The notes under the pieces: model-generated | What the model was told of the DNA's origin: nothing | The model's database searches: none | What the model saw: the letters and a program-made list of their open reading frames with translations, nothing else | Program-made: the position numbers and the translations under genes | Part shown: in pieces, positions 61,599 through 64,000 of the stretch | Position numbering within the stretch: position 1 is the first letter of the stretch | Layout of the letters: the number at the start of each line of letters is the position of its first letter | Source: an uncultured Verrucomicrobiae bacterium | Lineage (GTDB): Bacteria; Chlamydiota; Chlamydiia; Chlamydiales; Rhabdochlamydiaceae | Length of the DNA stretch: 64,000 nt | Assembly (NCBI GenBank): GCA_963806855.1 | Contig: CAWDYW010000001.1 | Coordinates: forward strand, 32,001 to 96,000 | Direction: 5' to 3'

Positions 61599-63370
61599 TA
61601 ATTGTTATTCTTCATGACAGCCCATTTAAAGTCCAGATTCCCCAATGAAGAGAGAAAAACATCCTCTACGTCATCATCCTTCATGTAGAGCATCGTGTAA
61701 TGGAGCACCGGAATAATCGGCATCGCATCCATCAACATCTTCTCGCAGCGGGCGAGCAATTGATATCGCTCATCTTGATCGACCAATTTGAATGAGTCGC
61801 TAAGCATCTGAGCATAATCTTGATTTTCCCAATTAGTATTGTTGGTACTCTGCGTCTTATACTTGAATACTTCGAGGAAATTGACCGGATCGTGGAAGTC
61901 GGCACTCCAAGAGCAATAGGCTAGATCGTAGGCTTGATGAGAGATCCGATCGAAATAAACTTTCCTCTCGAGCGCCTCTAAAGCAATCCGCACGCCAAAA
62001 GTCTCAAACCATTGTTGCTGAATTGCCTGCACAATCAGATGTGTCCTTTCCTGAGAAATATAAGTGAGGGTAATTTTTGGCAGATCTTCCCGTGTCAGCC
62101 CAACTTCATTTAAAGCTTCCTCGAAAAGTTGCAGTGCTTCTGTGCCCGCTCCATCCTCGAAGTAAGGCTCTGGCTGCAATTGCATCGAAGGAGGCACGAG
62201 CCGCATCGCAGGGATTTGTCCCCCTCTTGTCACATGCTCAGCAATCGCTCCTCTTTCGATCGCCAGGGCCAGCGCCCGTCTGAATTTAGGATGATTCAAT
62301 AAATCTTTCTCAACGTTGACTCTCAAAAATGCAGTCATCGCACTTGGCTTTACATAGACCTTGCCCTTCTCCTTAAGCGGAACAATCGCATCGAGCGGGA
62401 GGGTCGAAAGGGGCGATCCAACCCAATGGAGCTGCTTCTTCTCAAACATCCCGAGGGCCGTATTCCCATCGAGCATCACCATTTCGATCCCATCGATTTT
62501 GACACTCTCAGCATCCCAGTATTGAGGATTCTTCCTCGCCAAAATTTCATCATGATGGCGCCAGTGGCCGAGAAGGAATGGGCCGTTGCTGACATAATTC
62601 TCTTCTCTCTCAGCCCACTTTGGCTGCGCTTCTTCTACTTTTTGATTAATCGGCGAAAAAAATGGAGCAGCGAGCAATTCTAAAATATAGGGAGTCGGAT
62701 ACTCGAGGTCAACTTGCAGAGTCCGCTCATCTAAGGCCTTTACTCCAAGCTGCTGCACAGGGAGCGATCCATCCTTTACCCCTTTCCCATTCTTAATCAC
62801 ATAGAGTTGAGAGGCATTATCACAATTAAAGTCGGGGCTCAAAACCCTCCTCCATGCATAGGCAAAATCTCCCGCCGTCACCGCATCCCCATTCGACCAC
62901 TTGGACTCTCGCAAAGTGAAGACATACCGCTTCAGATCATCGGAGATCTCCACGCTCTGTGCAAGAGCCAGCTGCGGCTGTTCATTTGGACCAATTCTGG
63001 TCAGCCCCTCAAAAAACATCCTCATCACCATTTGGGCGCTTGGATCGCGAGCGAGCCTCGGATCCAAAGTATGCGGCTCATCTCCCAGGTTGAACTTGAG
63101 GATTTTAGCCGAAGAAATTTTAGCCTTAGAACAGTGACAACTACAGGCTAAAAGAGCTAAAGCTAAAAAAAGGAAACCCCAAAGAGGGAATTGCAAAACT
63201 CGCTTCAGAGGCCAAATTCGATGATTTCGAAGCAGGTTCGCGTTGCTCGCAAGTTGACATATCCTGATGGCCATAGGCGACTTGCGAGAAATCCGAATCC
63301 TGCCTCGAAAGCGCGGATTTGGACCCGAATTGGAGTTTTGCAATTCCCTCAAAACTTTGGATTTGAACAT
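61598..63370 (-). CDS. oppA: Oligopeptide ABC transporter substrate-binding lipoprotein with an insertion in its signal peptide
   Basis: EPHTLDP, FEGLTR, FTLRESKWSNGD.VTA.DF, SNGPF, W.ADF.DP. Confidence 0.92.
   Translation of the reverse strand: MFKSKVLRELQNSNSGPNPRFRGRIRISRKSPMAIRICQLASNANLLRNHRIWPLKRVLQFPLWGFLFLALALLACSCHCSKAKISSAKILKFNLGDEPHTLDPRLARDPSAQMVMRMFFEGLTRIGPNEQPQLALAQSVEISDDLKRYVFTLRESKWSNGDAVTAGDFAYAWRRVLSPDFNCDNASQLYVIKNGKGVKDGSLPVQQLGVKALDERTLQVDLEYPTPYILELLAAPFFSPINQKVEEAQPKWAEREENYVSNGPFLLGHWRHHDEILARKNPQYWDAESVKIDGIEMVMLDGNTALGMFEKKQLHWVGSPLSTLPLDAIVPLKEKGKVYVKPSAMTAFLRVNVEKDLLNHPKFRRALALAIERGAIAEHVTRGGQIPAMRLVPPSMQLQPEPYFEDGAGTEALQLFEEALNEVGLTREDLPKITLTYISQERTHLIVQAIQQQWFETFGVRIALEALERKVYFDRISHQAYDLAYCSWSADFHDPVNFLEVFKYKTQSTNNTNWENQDYAQMLSDSFKLVDQDERYQLLARCEKMLMDAMPIIPVLHYTMLYMKDDDVEDVFLSSLGNLDFKWAVMKNNN
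63184..63350. mobile_element. Palindromic element family B, in frame within oppA
   Basis: Perfect 18-bp terminal inverted repeat gagggaattgcaaaactc / gagttttgcaattccctc plus inner stems. Confidence 0.85.
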
Positions 63371-63421
63371 AGATGCCTCATCGTATAAATTTATCACCAG
63401 GATACCCAAGGTTTAAAAATT

Positions 63422-64000
63422 ATGTCCAGATATTGCATCGCTACCAAACCTGCCCCCCTCCTCAATACCCCCGACTTCCAAAAAGTCTTTGGATCTAAAG
63501 TTCTTCCTGTCGACGAAAAAGGGCTTCTCCGCTCCCTCGAGACAATTGCCCTTCCTGGGACAAAATTTGAAATTCTTCGAGAAGCTGCCCCCTTTGTCCT
63601 TGAGGTGACGACGAAGGATTACCCAGGAAAAGTCTTCATTGACTCCCGCTTTGTCACCCCAGTTTCAGAAGATGCTCCCGAGCGGCCCAAGATCCTCCCC
63701 GCTGCAGAAACCATTCTCCATCGCCTGAAATCGGCCTTAGGTCTTCCCTATGTTTGGGGCGGCAACTGGAAGAGCGGGATCCCTGAAATTCTCTCCCTCT
63801 ACCGCCCCCCGATCCCTCAGTCGCTTCATCCAACCTGGACCCTTTGCGGCCTCGACTGCTCCGGCCTGCTCTATGAGGCGACCGACGGGTATACACCCCG
63901 CAACACCTCAGAGCTGATCCACTTCGGCCAAGAGGTGAGCGCGCCACAGCCACTCGACATCATCGTCTATCCTGGCCATGTCGTGATCGTTTTTGATCAT
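63422..64000 (+). CDS. NlpC/P60-family peptidoglycan peptidase, 3' end outside the window
   Basis: Manual translation from ATG 63422 gives LGLPYVWGG...GLDCSGL...PRNT...GHV. Confidence 0.88.
   Translation, partial: MSRYCIATKPAPLLNTPDFQKVFGSKVLPVDEKGLLRSLETIALPGTKFEILREAAPFVLEVTTKDYPGKVFIDSRFVTPVSEDAPERPKILPAAETILHRLKSALGLPYVWGGNWKSGIPEILSLYRPPIPQSLHPTWTLCGLDCSGLLYEATDGYTPRNTSELIHFGQEVSAPQPLDIIVYPGHVVIVFDH

Overview
Chromosomal segment of a bacterium that is very probably an environmental member of the Chlamydiota. Lineage markers are a ~730-aa GreA, topoisomerase I with a C-terminal SWIB domain, a long ThyX, an NTT/HEAT plus cNMP gene pair, a TyrP permease and the dus-yggT-hypothetical-MORN gene order. 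Core genes (putP/putA, groESL, ahpC, speA/speB/DHS-like, uvrD, topA, uvrB, thyX, greA, rdgB, dus, oppA, NlpC/P60 and a Wzm/Wzt surface-polysaccharide cluster) are interspersed with AT-richer accessory islets: hipBA, vapBC, TetR/VOC, and F-box, BTB/LRR and TPR-ADP-ribosyltransferase effector candidates. Three unexplained structures stand out. (1) Up to four cargo blocks sit directly behind, and convergent to, an anchor gene and end in a second copy of that gene's 3' end (MFS and uvrB clearly; putA and TPR-ART more weakly), with no integrase or transposase in the window. (2) Two unrelated families of ~165-bp palindromic elements are inserted into, and translated within, protein-coding genes. (3) A TPR-ART gene has its ribosome-binding site inside a hairpin. 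Several essential genes are broken by single-base indels, which most likely reflect long-read assembly error, so frame-dependent claims are provisional. No rRNA, tRNA, CRISPR array or transposase was recognised.
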